64,000 bases of DNA from an uncultured Bacillota bacterium (lineage in GTDB: Bacteria > Bacillota > DTU025 > MWDF01), in NCBI GenBank assembly GCA_963823655.1, contig CAWGMK010000013.1:128001-192000 (forward strand), in the 5' to 3' direction. Below, piece after piece: positions 30,280 to 47,512 of this stretch (the stretch's first letter is position 1; the number at the start of each line of letters is the position of its first letter). A program made the translations under genes and the position numbers. The notes below the pieces were generated by a model that made no database searches, was not told where the DNA came from, and saw only the letters and a list, made by a program, of their open reading frames with translations.

Positions 30280-31197
30280 ATGGCTCTAGTAACCGGGAAA
30301 TCAGTATTGGACAAAGCGAATGCAGGCTATTATGCGGTCGGGGCATTCAACTTCGTTAACCTAGAAGTACTCAAGGGCATAGTATCTGCTGCGGCAGAGG
30401 AGAAATCACCTGCTCTAATAGCCTGTTCTGAAGGGGCAATCAAATACGCGGGCATTAAGAACCTGGTGGCTATGGCAAGGGCCGAGGCTGAGATTTCGGG
30501 TATGCCTCTTGTGCTCCATCTTGATCATGGCAAGGAGTTCGAGGTCATTATGCAGTGTATCAGGAATGGTTTCACTTCCGTGATGATAGATGGCTCTCAC
30601 CTTCCGCTTGAGCAGAACATCGCATTGACAAAGAAAATTGTCGAGATTGCCCATGCCGCAGGAGTGAGCGTAGAAGGGGAGCTCGGCAAACTTTCGGGAA
30701 TTGAGGACAATGTTGCTTCGAGGGAATCAATTCTAACCGATCCTGCAGAAGCGGAGCGCTTTGTTTTAGAGACGGGTGTAAATTCGCTGGCGATAGCTAT
30801 TGGAACAGCCCACGGACCCAAGAAGTTCAAGGGTGAGCCCATCTTGGAGATACCGCTTGTAGCCGAAGTCAAGAAGAGAACCGGAATTCCTCTCGTCCTC
30901 CACGGCGCTTCATCGGTACCCGCGGAAGTGCTTGAAAAAGGTATTAAGTACGGCGCAAAGTGGGAGGGCTCCAAGGGAGTCCCCGAAGCCAGCCTCGTTG
31001 AAGCCGTTAAGGGCGGGATTAATAAGGTAAATGTCGACACAGATATAAGGATGACATTCATCGGCCAGATGAGGCAGACTATGGCCGAAAAGCCCGAGAG
31101 CGTAGACTTGCGTGACATCTTCAAGCCCTGCATGGCGGCGGTTAAGGAAGTAGTCAGGTACAAGATGCGGCTGTTGGGCAGTTCCGGCAAAGCATAA
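30280..31197 (+). CDS. fba: class II fructose-bisphosphate aldolase
   Basis: HLDHG, SVMIDGS, GTAHG, LVLHGAS and KVNVDTD motifs. Confidence 0.95.
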   Translation: MALVTGKSVLDKANAGYYAVGAFNFVNLEVLKGIVSAAAEEKSPALIACSEGAIKYAGIKNLVAMARAEAEISGMPLVLHLDHGKEFEVIMQCIRNGFTSVMIDGSHLPLEQNIALTKKIVEIAHAAGVSVEGELGKLSGIEDNVASRESILTDPAEAERFVLETGVNSLAIAIGTAHGPKKFKGEPILEIPLVAEVKKRTGIPLVLHGASSVPAEVLEKGIKYGAKWEGSKGVPEASLVEAVKGGINKVNVDTDIRMTFIGQMRQTMAEKPESVDLRDIFKPCMAAVKEVVRYKMRLLGSSGKA

Positions 31198-31218
31198 GGC
31201 GGTATTGCAGGGATGATT

Positions 31219-31252
31219 TAAAGCGCGCCTTTTTACGGGCGCGCTTTATTTA
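31219..31252 (+). terminator. intrinsic terminator after fba
   Basis: TAAAGCGCGCC...GGCGCGCTTTA followed by TTT. Confidence 0.75.
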
Positions 31253-31353
31253 TGGCTCGTAAGGCTTGCACTTCTTTGGGTGCAAAAACATATATGCCTC
31301 ATTAGCTGGGCAAACCTTATGGATTAGAGCCGAACGGAACTTGATATTTCCTC

Positions 31354-31425
31354 TTGCAAAAGGGTGCCTGACTTTGGTAAGATACTTATTGCCTCACCTT
31401 GAATGGAAGGCGGCTCTTTGAAAAC
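31354..31425 (+). promoter_or_regulatory. rRNA operon promoter and boxA-like antitermination site
   Basis: TTGCAA-18 nt-TAAGAT with extended TG. CTCTTTGAAAAC near 31415 is mirrored by GCTCTTTGGCAAC in the ITS. Confidence 0.6.
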
Positions 31426-31575
31426 CGGGAATAGGGAAGGACAGCAAACGAGGAAAAAGAGAGAGAAAGAGACTCTAAATAAGCGAGCGGGCGAAGAGGA
31501 TCTTTGAGAAACTTGTCAGCGGATGAAAAAAAGCTAGGTTAGAGCAGACCTCTAATGGGGTTTAGCGATAAACTT

Positions 31576-33118
<1,543 letters not shown>

Positions 33119-33415
33119 TTAGGCGAAGCGCTCAGGCGCCGAGCCGAAGACTTCAGGTCGATGATCAATTCGTCCATGAAAGCTCGCGCCGGTGGCTGAC
33201 AAGCCGGCGGGTCAATGGTCTCTCTCAGACAACTCGTAAGTTCAACTTCCATGTTCCCGGTTTCCAGGGAGTCTTCCTTGGAGTGCTCTTTGGCAACCGC
33301 ATAAGGGAAAAGTGAAGAGGAAAGACAAAAAGGGTAACAAAAGGCAAGTGTATACAGTCCAGGCGAATACCTGGGAAAAGATAGAAGAAGCGCGTAAAGG
33401 GAAATAAAGACAATT

Positions 33416-36361
<2,946 letters not shown>

Positions 36362-36481
36362 TTCATAGCGGACTTCTGCCTTAAGAACAGATATCCGCCG
36401 TGACTGTAGCTTGCCCAACCCATTACCCCATAAATCCATCCTCTTCTTCAATTCACCTTTTGCGGTTGCCAAAGGGCATTT

Positions 36482-36597
36482 TCCGGTGGCAATGGCGGAG
36501 GGGCCACACCTGTTCCCATTCCGAACACAGTAGTTAAGCCCTCCAGCGCCGATGGTACTCGGCTGGCAACGGCCCGGGAGAGTAGGACGCCGCCGGA
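36482..36597 (+). rRNA. rrf: 5S rRNA
   Basis: TCCGGTGGC...GCCGCCGGA ends; CCCATTCCGAACAC and GATGGTACT motifs. Confidence 0.97.
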
Positions 36598-36606
36598 TCT
36601 TTAGTT

Positions 36607-36642
36607 AAAGGCTTTCGCTTATCGCGAGGGCCTTTTTCTTTA
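36607..36642 (+). terminator. rRNA operon terminator
   Basis: AAAGGCTTTCGC-ttatc-GCGAGGGCCTTT followed by a T-tract. Confidence 0.75.
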
Positions 36643-36807
36643 TTGTGCTATGCTTGTAGTTCTTTTTTGCTTGACGCATAATTGATGTAACAATTCACAT
36701 GTCGGACCGACATAAATCCGCAATAAACAATTAGCATAATAGGAGAAACTGAATCATAAACTCCAATTTCGCATGGAATCGGCCCAAGATCTTCTTACAA
36801 GGAGGGC

Positions 36808-39755
36808 TTGAAGGTGGGATCCCTCGGAAGCAAACAATTTGAGCAATTGAAAGGCCAAATCGAAAAAGACAAACAGGGCTTGATAGTACTTTGTGCGAGC
36901 ACGAGGGCAGCAGCACTGCTTAAGCGCGTGCTTTTAAGCAAGCTCCCCAGCGGTGCAATGCTGAATATAGACATTCTGGCGCCGAATGAGTTGATAGCAC
37001 AACTTACAAGGGAGTTGGGTATAGAGGCTCAGGTCATAGGCGGTCTCGGGCGCGAGATGGTGTTAAATGAGGTTCTTGCCGGTTTGAAGAAGAAGCCGTT
37101 CAAAGAGGCGGAAATGAGCGACTATGTTAGAAGCATAGGAAAGGCAATAGGCGAGCTTATACAGGCAAATGTAACTGAGTCGGAATTAGGACGGTCAGGC
37201 TCAGGAAGCGATAAAACGGAGCTTTTAGCCGTAGCATATTCGGCTTATTTGAAAAGGCTGCGAAGCAGCAGTGCAATAGATGCAAAAGAGCTGCCTGACA
37301 AGGTATTTGAAAAGATCAGGCAAGACGGTTTACCGCGAATGTTGACATCCAGGAGAATTGTCAAATATTGCGTCCCCTCTGATATGTTGGCGGAAAAGCT
37401 GGTGAAGAGCCTTGAAGTTGAAGGTGTTCATGTTGAAAGCATAGATGAGGTAGGGTGTGGCGAATTTCAATTTAAGGCCGTTCACAGCATATATGCTAGG
37501 GAGGGCCGGCAGCTTGCCAGGGAGGCAGCCCGAAGGTGCAAGGAGCTTTTTGCGAATATGGTTGCAGCTATCAGGATATATGCATTGTAGTTCCACCGGT
37601 ACAGGGTGCAGAAAGGGAAGTAGTCAAGGCGCTTGAGTGGGCCGGCGTACCATCGTCTGATCCGCTTTGGATAAACCTCTCAGAGCATCCTTCCGCCTCA
37701 TCCCTTATCTCGGCAATGAGGCTTATTGCGCAATCAAACGAAAAAGTGGACATATTTCCCTATTGTGCAAGCCCTTATTACGGCTTGGATTACTTTAAAA
37801 GGAAAACAAAGGCAGATAATGAGCGCATAGCCGAATCTACGGCAGCAATGGTTTCGAAGATACTGGCGCGCCAGAGGCAAAAATCGGAGCCACTACATCT
37901 GAAAGAGTGGGCGGACGTCCAACGATGGAATAGGCACTTCAGAAAGATAAGCGAAGATGATCAGGTCATGGACTCGACAATGTCGGCCTTCTATGAATGG
38001 ACAGGGCTAATGCTCAAGCTTGCCGGGGAACTCAACGTTTCAGATACATGGGAAGCACACTGCGATAACCTTGAGGCTTTTGTTAGAGACTTCTATGCAG
38101 ACGATTCCCTTTTGAGCAATGAAGAGGATGATCCAGAACGTGCGGCGCTAGAACAGAAGGCAGTGGCGGGCATCAAGGACGTAATTGGCAAAGTAAGATC
38201 GGCATTTGCCCTTACCAAAGGGACTGGCGGCAGTGTTGATTGGGCGGAATTCTCTGCAACCATGACAGATGCATTTAAAGAGAAGAGACTGATGCTAAGA
38301 GGGGCATACAGGACTGGCGTAGGCGTGGCGGAGCCTAAGGATGTCCTAGGACTGCGGTTTAAGCATCTTATTGTTTACGATGTATCAGAACGGAATTTCC
38401 CGCTTCCTTGGAATCCAGGTTGGCTCCTCTCGGAAGGCGACAGGAAGAGCATAGAGGCTTTTAAGGAACAAACGGCTGAAGTCAAGAATGCGATCTCAAA
38501 AGAGCAATTCTTCCACGCAGTTTCCAACGCTGAGGATACTGTAAGCTTTATTATTCCTTCAATAGGTCAGGATGAGAAGGCAATAAACAGGAGCATTTGG
38601 GTTGGCGACATTGAGGAGGAATCTAAAGAAGCAGGCAAAGCGGTCACTGTGGAACATACAAAACGGAGGTTCCCCGCTCCTGAAGTAGTTGATTGCAGCG
38701 TTACCGAGAAGGAATTATCGCTGCACAGGTCCGATGAGGACTTCATAACCGAAGGAGGAGAGGACAAGCGCCTTAAAGACCTGTTTGAAGCCAATAGGGA
38801 AGATGCCGAGAGGTTGGCTTCATTTGCACATGTCAAGTTCCGGGATGGATATAAGTGGTCGGCGTCCATGATTGGACAGTATCTAAAATGCAGCATGGCA
38901 TTCATTCCAACATACCTTGCCGGCATAAGGCAGAAGGATGAATATGAAGAGCTGCCTTCACCGATGTCGGCCGGTAACTTCCTGCACAGCATGGCGAAGA
39001 TGGTTATCGACAAGATAGACGAACTTAGGAGCCTGCCCTATCAAGACGCCTCCGCCAAGCTGGACCAATTTATCGAGAAGGAGCTTAGCTATGATAGAGC
39101 CCGGCTCGCTGCGAACATGTCGGAAGAACTGTGGGGTATACTTAAGGTTCCACATGCCAGGATTTTAAAGAAGTTCGCGGAAAGCGAGCTCGAGTACCTT
39201 CAGACCAATGGTGCATGCTTCAATAGTCGGCTTACCGAGCAGAAGTTCTCAACAGGCGAAGACTCCGGAAAACTTCAGCTTAACAGCATCGACATCTCCT
39301 TCGAGGCCAGGATTGACAGAATAGATATCGATGAAAGCGATAATGCCGCGGTCTATGATTACAAATCAGGCACCTTACCGGATCGAGAGCAAGATGTTCA
39401 GGTAGACTTCTACTCGCTGATCGTCAGGCAGGAGCTGGGGAAAGTCCCCGTAGCTTCTGCTTACTTCCCCTTGAGCCGTGGCAAAGGCTGTACTCGGGCA
39501 GAAATCAGCCTGGGAAGCTATGTTGATGAGTTTCACGACAAATTGGGCTTTAAACCGCCGCGTTCAAATAACCTAAGCTTGGTTCATTACCCGAGGGACC
39601 AGGTTAATTCCAGGCTTGCCGAAGCTTCCTCCAGAATAGAGGACCTAGTCAATGGCATCCTCTCAGGAGCGTATTTTGAGGGCATGCCCGTCAACTCCAA
39701 TCCATGTAAATATTGTATAAAGAGCAATATCTGCTGGCTTTCCGCAAACTTATAA
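36808..39755 (+). CDS. addB: AddB/RexB-like subunit with PD-(D/E)xK nuclease (frameshift in a T-run near 37550)
   Basis: C-terminal ARIDRID...DYKSG...Q..FY nuclease and Cys staple (LKC...CKYC.....C). Degenerate helicase-like N-terminus. Adding one T joins the two ORFs. Confidence 0.75.
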
Positions 39756-39769
39756 TTCGGTAAAAGGAG

Positions 39770-42700
39770 GTGAAGGGATTGCAGCTGGATACAAATCAGA
39801 AGCAGGCCGTGGAGATGCAGGATAGGAGCCTTGTGGTTACCGCTGGCGCCGGTTCAGGCAAAACCAGAGTGTTAGTGGAAAGATACATTGAGTTAATAAC
39901 TAAGATGACTGATGGGCAGATGGCAGGCCCCGACAGAGTTGTTGCGATAACCTTCACCGAAAAGGCTGCGGCGCAAATGAGGAGCAGGGTTGAGCGGGCG
40001 TTGCGAGACAGGATTTTGAATGAAAGCGACCCTAACAGGTTGATGCAGCTTAAGGGCATGCTTGAGAGGCTGGCGGCAGCACGGATCTCCACAATAAATT
40101 CGTTTTGCATGAACCTTGTCAGGCGTTTCCCGATATATGCAAACGTACATCCGGAATTCTCGGTAATCGAGCCTGCCGATGCTTCAAGCCTGCAATTCGA
40201 CAGCGTAAAAGATGCCCTGAATGAGTTTTTAAGGACTCTTCTGAAAACTGATAGGGAAGAGCTCATAGAGCTTATCACCAATTCTTGCGGCAGCCTGGAT
40301 CGCTTCCTGGAACATATGGAAACGAGCCTCTCCTTCGTATATACAGCCGGGAAGAAGGAGTATTCCGGCGGCATTTCTGATGCCAACCTCAACCTGACGA
40401 GGATAAGGCAGAGGGCAGTGGAGATTTACGAGGAAAAGCTCGCACGGATGAAAGCGCTTGATTTCGCCCTTATTGAGGACAAAGCCATGAAACTTCTGCT
40501 GGGGGATGCGGGCGAAGAGGCGCGCTCGGGCATAGACCACGTCCTTGTCGATGAGTACCAGGATATAAACACTGTTCAAGATACTCTGATTAGATGCCTT
40601 GTGGAGAAGCCGGGTGCAACTGAAGGTAAGGTACTGGACTCACGGAAGTTATTCATCGTCGGAGATCCGAAACAGTCAATTTACCGTTTCAGGGGGGCGG
40701 AACCGTCAATATTTGAGAAGTGGATTAGTGTGGCTAAGGCCAAATCGCTTCATGTTCACTTAGATAGAAACTACAGGTCCAATCCTATCCTGATTGGCTT
40801 CTCCAATATGCTTTTCAAGAAGATGATGTTGGAGAAATATACAGCCTCAGAACCGGGTAGGAAGCCTTTCGAGCTCAATGGAAACGTTCTGGTAAGGTTG
40901 CTTGCATGTCCGAAAAAAGAGAAGGACATGCTTTTCGACCGCACGGCAAGGGAAGTAATCTCTCTTGTGAGAAATTCCTACACCCATATAGGCACTACAG
41001 ATGCGAGGCCACTAGGCCTGAAGGACATAGCTCTTCTTACACCTAGCAATAACGGTATGGAACCGTATATTCGGGCGTTCAAGAAGCATGGGATACCAGT
41101 CGCTGTAATGAAGAGCGGAACCTTTTACCAGAGCGATTCCGTAGCTTTCATTATTAGCCTGCTAGGAACGGCCATAAACGATGCGGACGATATTTCTGCC
41201 TATCAGCTGCTAGCGTCGCCCTCTTATGGTATACGAGAGGCCACGATATCATCAATCTGCTACTTTGTACGGCCTATTTCAGGCTGCTTAACAGAAGAAG
41301 TACCTGATATCAGGGAGTATTTCTTTGATCAGGATGAGTACGACAACTTCGATAGGGCAAGGGCAATAGTTATCGCAGTCAGGAGAATGAGAAGCAGCTA
41401 TGGCACTAGAGAGCTGCTGGAGAAGCTCGCAGATGATTTCGGCTTTGAGGAAGATATATTGAGAGGGTATGGCAGGAGAGGCGTAGCTAACTTCAGGAAA
41501 CTTGTGGAATTATCTTCCAACGCAGCTCTTTCTCTTGGGAATCTCATCGATTTCCAGGAACATCTTACTTCATATAAGAGCAGGGAAGTACAGGCAGACG
41601 AGCCGGATATCCTTGACGACGACGAAGAGGCCGTTAAGATCATGACTATTCATAAGGCCAAAGGCCTTGAGTTTCCCGTAGTCATCCTTGGCGATGGCAA
41701 CTATGACCTTGAGGAGGGGCCCAGCCAGAAAGAGATTACAATGATTTCTATGGGAGACGGCGGCATTGTAGCCAAGAGCAGCAAAGGGAGCTCAAAAGAG
41801 ATTTACGATTTGGAGTTACTAAGAATTAAAGCGGAGAACGTGGCAGAGCGGCAGAGACTTATGTACGTTGCTGCAACACGCGCCGAGGAAATACTTATCA
41901 TTAGCGGGAGGGAAGAGAGCGACAAAACTGAGAACGGCCAACCGCTTAGAAAACCCCGATACCTTTTCGCAAAGCTCGAGGAAATCGACGCGAGCTCATG
42001 CGGTGCAGAGGGATTCCCCAATATGAGATGGGACCAGGTAATGCAGCCTGACGACAGCCCGATCCCGTTGCCGAATGTATGTGCCGCCGCACCCAAAAGA
42101 AGACCACTTGAATCCTGAAGCAATGTTGTCGAGAAGCAATGACCGGATAGTCAGGTTCTCTCCTTCATCCATCATGTCCTATATCAACTGCCCAAAGGAG
42201 TTCCTAAGGAGGCAATGGTATAGGCTTCCTGAGGAGGAGAAAGCAGCAGTGGCAGGTGATTCGTCCGCAAAACCCCACTATAGTGCCTCCGAGCTTGGTA
42301 CAATCGTGCACTTCATAGCCCAGCATTCTGAAAACCGGGAAGAAGGCAAGGTCGCTATGGAAATGGCGAAGGCGGCTTTCTCTGCCAGCTTGCCGGGCAA
42401 CCAGGCTTTGATGAGCAGGGTGCAAGATCTTGTGAATAATTACTATGACTTCATAGAAAAACACAAGTGCCAGGGGAAGCTAATGAAGGAAGTCAACTTT
42501 TCTATTGCGATCGAGGAATTCATTCTCGAAGGCATGATCGACAGGCTTGAGGAGGACGGCAAAGGCGTATGGACTGTCACAGACCTGAAGACAAACAACC
42601 TCAATAAGAACGACAGCGAATCACTAGCTAAGAAATACGAGATCCAGCTGATGGCATATATGTACGCTGCGGGAAAAGCGCTTGGCACAAAAGACATTTC

Positions 42701-42947
42701 TTCAAGGCTCTTATTTCTTGTAGATAACAGTATCGTTAAAATTGATAATGTTGACTTCGAAATCATCGAAGCCAGGCTCCTGGAAATCATGAAGAGCGCA
42801 TCGACTATGCCAGAAGAATGCAAGAGCCTATCCCAGGCCTGCGAGAAGTGCGATAAGAAGCGCGAATGTCCGTCCGGCCCGGAATTTCTTGAAGAAACCG
42901 ATCAAGATGAGGACGGCATTTCAGAAGATTTGCAGTACGAAGTCTAA
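39770..42947 (+). CDS. addA: AddA-like UvrD helicase plus RecB-family nuclease (frameshift near 42100)
   Basis: AGAGSGKT, VDEYQD, VGDPKQSIYRFRGA, NYRS, TIHKAKGLEF and YVAATRA motifs. The overlapping ORF 42075-42947 carries GMIDRL...DLKT...QLMAY. Confidence 0.8.
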
Positions 42948-42996
42948 TTCGCAGCCTGCCATGAACGGATATTGAAGGGATTGGTTATTAGGATAA

Positions 42997-43024
42997 AGGC
43001 CTGTGGCTTTAGTGCCACAGGCCT
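42997..43024. terminator. hairpin between convergent genes (probable terminator)
   Basis: AGGCCTGTGGC-tttagt-GCCACAGGCCT, a perfect 11-bp stem. Confidence 0.65.
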
Positions 43025-43067
43025 AATTCAAGATTTGTAGTGGCTTCAAGAAGCCATTAAGCTAGGC

Positions 43068-43712
43068 TTAAAGCTCCATGCTGCCCTTATAGTCAACCTT
43101 GATACTGGTAAATATGACATCGCCGCCACCAGTAAGGTCCGAATAGAGGTTAATATAGTACTTGGCTGCCGCACAATTGGTCATGGGGAAATCTGCCACT
43201 TTATATAGGTTCACATATACTTTAATATTATTGCCGGTCTTAACAAGTCTCCAGATGTTTGGCCCCTTCCTTAGAAGAGTGGGCAGGGTACTATCTATGA
43301 CATCTACCGGCCGAACAGCGCTTGCCCCGTCATCTTCTACCCACCAATCCTCAAAATCCTCTAAGCCAATATTATTGAAGCGGCTATAGATATAGTTATT
43401 CGGAAAGAACCCCTTTCCATCGCCAACGCATATACCGAATAAGGCCGTATTGTCGGCATCGGTATTCAAAGAAAAGTTCACTGTTATGGTGAAGTCCTCA
43501 TCGAAAGCCACAGGGCTGCTCAATGCCCATTTGTTAAGCCTGACGCCAAAGGCTGGAACTGGTTCAATGCTTCCCAGTAGATCCTGCTGAGCCCAATCAG
43601 AATAATTGTCGGGCAATGCAAAGGAAACCTTCCATGTATTCCCAAAGCACCCGCCCAATGCAATTGAAAGCACAACTGCAAGTGCTGCAATTACCAATAG
43701 CCTGCTTTTCAT
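43068..43712 (-). CDS. hypothetical beta-rich lipoprotein
   Basis: ALGGC lipobox; AGGAGG RBS; motifs shared with the 14359 and 15451 lipoproteins. Confidence 0.8.
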   Translation of the reverse strand: MKSRLLVIAALAVVLSIALGGCFGNTWKVSFALPDNYSDWAQQDLLGSIEPVPAFGVRLNKWALSSPVAFDEDFTITVNFSLNTDADNTALFGICVGDGKGFFPNNYIYSRFNNIGLEDFEDWWVEDDGASAVRPVDVIDSTLPTLLRKGPNIWRLVKTGNNIKVYVNLYKVADFPMTNCAAAKYYINLYSDLTGGGDVIFTSIKVDYKGSMEL

Positions 43713-44114
43713 GATATCCCTCCTTTCTTGCATATGTTCATTACGAATATGCAAAATCCTTTATCTGAAGTATGTATTTGTCTAAGCATTTTAGTATCAA
43801 ATGTATGATCAGGAATCTTGATAGCATTGAAAAGACAAGATAAATCAGGCTAATTTTGCTGTGAAGTGAGTTCCTCAAATCCGCTCAGATACAGAGGAGA
43901 GGCTGAAGGGAGCATTGGAATAAAGGAGCCAATACGAATTGCCAAGCGTTTGCTTTTCGATATTGATTCAATGGCTGGCATTGCCTGAGAACTCCTAAGG
44001 AAATTTGCCGCTTCAGCAAGAGAGCATCAAAGCTGTTACCTCTATATCCTAATCATGGGTATCGTAAAAAGAAAAACCCGGTCAAACCGGGTTTGCTTTA
44101 CTCGTATTGAAGTT

Positions 44115-45299
44115 CTAACGCCAGTCGTTCTCAATCCGCTTGTGCTTAAGCTCCCTGGCCTGTGACAGGCCGAAGAGCAACTTTGCGAAGAGGGGGGCCT
44201 TTAGCCTTATCGAGTTATAAGGGCAATGCTCCTGGCAGCAGTAGCATTTGATGCACTTTGCGTGATCGATATGCACTTTGCCCTTTACCATTTTCATGGC
44301 ATTGGCAGGGCAGCCCTTAATGCAGCGCTGGCACTTCTTGCAGGTTCTGTGTACGACTTTCGGCCTTACTGTGCCGATGGATCTCATGAACCTGGTCTTG
44401 GCGAATTTTGAAGTTATGCCTCTCCAGCTTCCGGGAAAGGCGAAATCGGGAACCCTGGCTTCGTCCATTGAAAGTCCTTTAACATCGATCCTGGCCAGGT
44501 CAGCGACACCAACGCCCCTTCTTGCCGCGACTGCCGTCGTTGCAAGCGATGATGGATCTATTCCGATTATTCCGCTGGCTACAACATCCAGCGCTACTCC
44601 GTCAGGGGACGCAAGGATAAGGCCAACTTGCTTGGGGGTGCCATTCGTGGGGCCGTCACCCTCCATGGCAACAACGGCGTCCATGATATTCAGCGTTGGT
44701 TTCGCAGTCATGTAGATATCAAGAAGGCCCTGCGCAAAGAGGTCGGGGGTAGGGAAACGGATATGGGAGTGGACCTTTGAAACCCCGCTTACTACGCCGA
44801 ACATATTTTTCACGCAGCCTGAGAACATCATGAAGCCATGTGTTTTCATCTTTGCAAGGTTGACTATCTTGTCGGCTTCCAGGACTGCCCTTACAATCTT
44901 TACTTTCTTGCTAAGTCCGCCATCGGGTACGCTCGTCTCGACTTCTCGATAGAAGTCCGCCACTTTTACCCCATATTCCCTCATGACGGCCATATAACCC
45001 GAAGCCTCAAGGGCCGCTTCGGGGCTTTCAAGCCCCGGGCTGTCACCCACGAAAACCTCAGCCCCTCTTTCCTGCAGGAGCTCGATGAGGGCCCTTAATA
45101 TCTCGGGGTGAGGGGAAATGGCGCTTTCAGGGTTGGCGCCCCTTACCAGGTTGGGCTTTATAAGCACTTTATCTTTCGGCGCAACATAAACCGAAAGGCC
45201 GCCTAAAGGCGATAACGCTTCTTCAACTGATTTCCTTATTGCAGCTCTTTCATAGCTTTCGCATCTAACAATTGAAACCGTAGATCTATCGGGCATCAT
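44115..45299 (-). CDS. DUF362 domain protein with C-terminal 2x[4Fe-4S] ferredoxin
   Basis: VLIKPNL, KMKTH, KNMFG, MEGDGP and DGVALD motifs; CKKCQRCIKGCP and CIKCYCCQEHCP. Confidence 0.9.
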   Translation of the reverse strand: MMPDRSTVSIVRCESYERAAIRKSVEEALSPLGGLSVYVAPKDKVLIKPNLVRGANPESAISPHPEILRALIELLQERGAEVFVGDSPGLESPEAALEASGYMAVMREYGVKVADFYREVETSVPDGGLSKKVKIVRAVLEADKIVNLAKMKTHGFMMFSGCVKNMFGVVSGVSKVHSHIRFPTPDLFAQGLLDIYMTAKPTLNIMDAVVAMEGDGPTNGTPKQVGLILASPDGVALDVVASGIIGIDPSSLATTAVAARRGVGVADLARIDVKGLSMDEARVPDFAFPGSWRGITSKFAKTRFMRSIGTVRPKVVHRTCKKCQRCIKGCPANAMKMVKGKVHIDHAKCIKCYCCQEHCPYNSIRLKAPLFAKLLFGLSQARELKHKRIENDWR

Positions 45300-45394
45300 A
45301 CTCTCCTGTTGTGAACAATCGCACAAGTCCTATAAAAATGCTCCGGGATCCGAATTAACGGACCCCGGATAATTTTACACTAAGTCAGCCCTTT

Positions 45395-47054
<1,660 letters not shown>

Positions 47055-47335
47055 TTACTTAATGGCCAGGATGTCCGACTCGCGAAGGATCAGGTAATCC
47101 TCGACCGTCGATCTTTGACTTCGGTTCCGCCGTACTTGGAGTAGATTACCTTGTCGCCTGCTTTGACTTCTACTGCGATGCGCTTGCCCTCTTCAAACCT
47201 GCCGGGGCCGACCGCTACGACTTCGCCCCACTGAGGGCGCTCCTTGGCGGTATCGGGAAGGTAGAGGCCTCCTGCGGTCTTCTCCTCCTCGACGCTCGGC
47301 TTCACGATGACCCTGTCGCCTAGTGGCTTTAGCAT
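47055..47335 (-). CDS. groS: co-chaperonin GroES (frameshifted near the 3' end)
   Basis: [23 protein letters not shown] and [10 protein letters not shown]; the end [13 protein letters not shown] is in another frame. Confidence 0.93.
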
Positions 47336-47375
47336 TCCTAGAACCTCCTTATATGTAAATGATGTGCCTCCGTTG

Positions 47376-47402
47376 TTAGCACTCGGCATAACCGAGTGCT
47401 AA
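47376..47402. promoter_or_regulatory. CIRCE element (HrcA operator)
   Basis: Perfect TTAGCACTC-N9-GAGTGCTAA upstream of groES. Confidence 0.97.
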
Positions 47403-47407
47403 TACAA

Positions 47408-47436
47408 AATATAATGCGTATGAATCCGCCTGTCAA
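47408..47436 (-). promoter_or_regulatory. sigma-A promoter of groESL
   Basis: TTGACA-17 nt-TATATT on the minus strand, directly upstream of CIRCE. Confidence 0.8.
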
Positions 47437-47512
47437 TATATCTCTAAGCAGGAATGCGGATTATTTTATAGAAGTCATTAATGGTAAATCAATTATACGA
47501 GGGGGCTTTAGC

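Noticed and set aside
42075-42947. Cas4-like nuclease as a sign of CRISPR-Cas
   Set aside because: No repeat-spacer array or other cas gene was seen; its position fits the AddA C-terminal nuclease.
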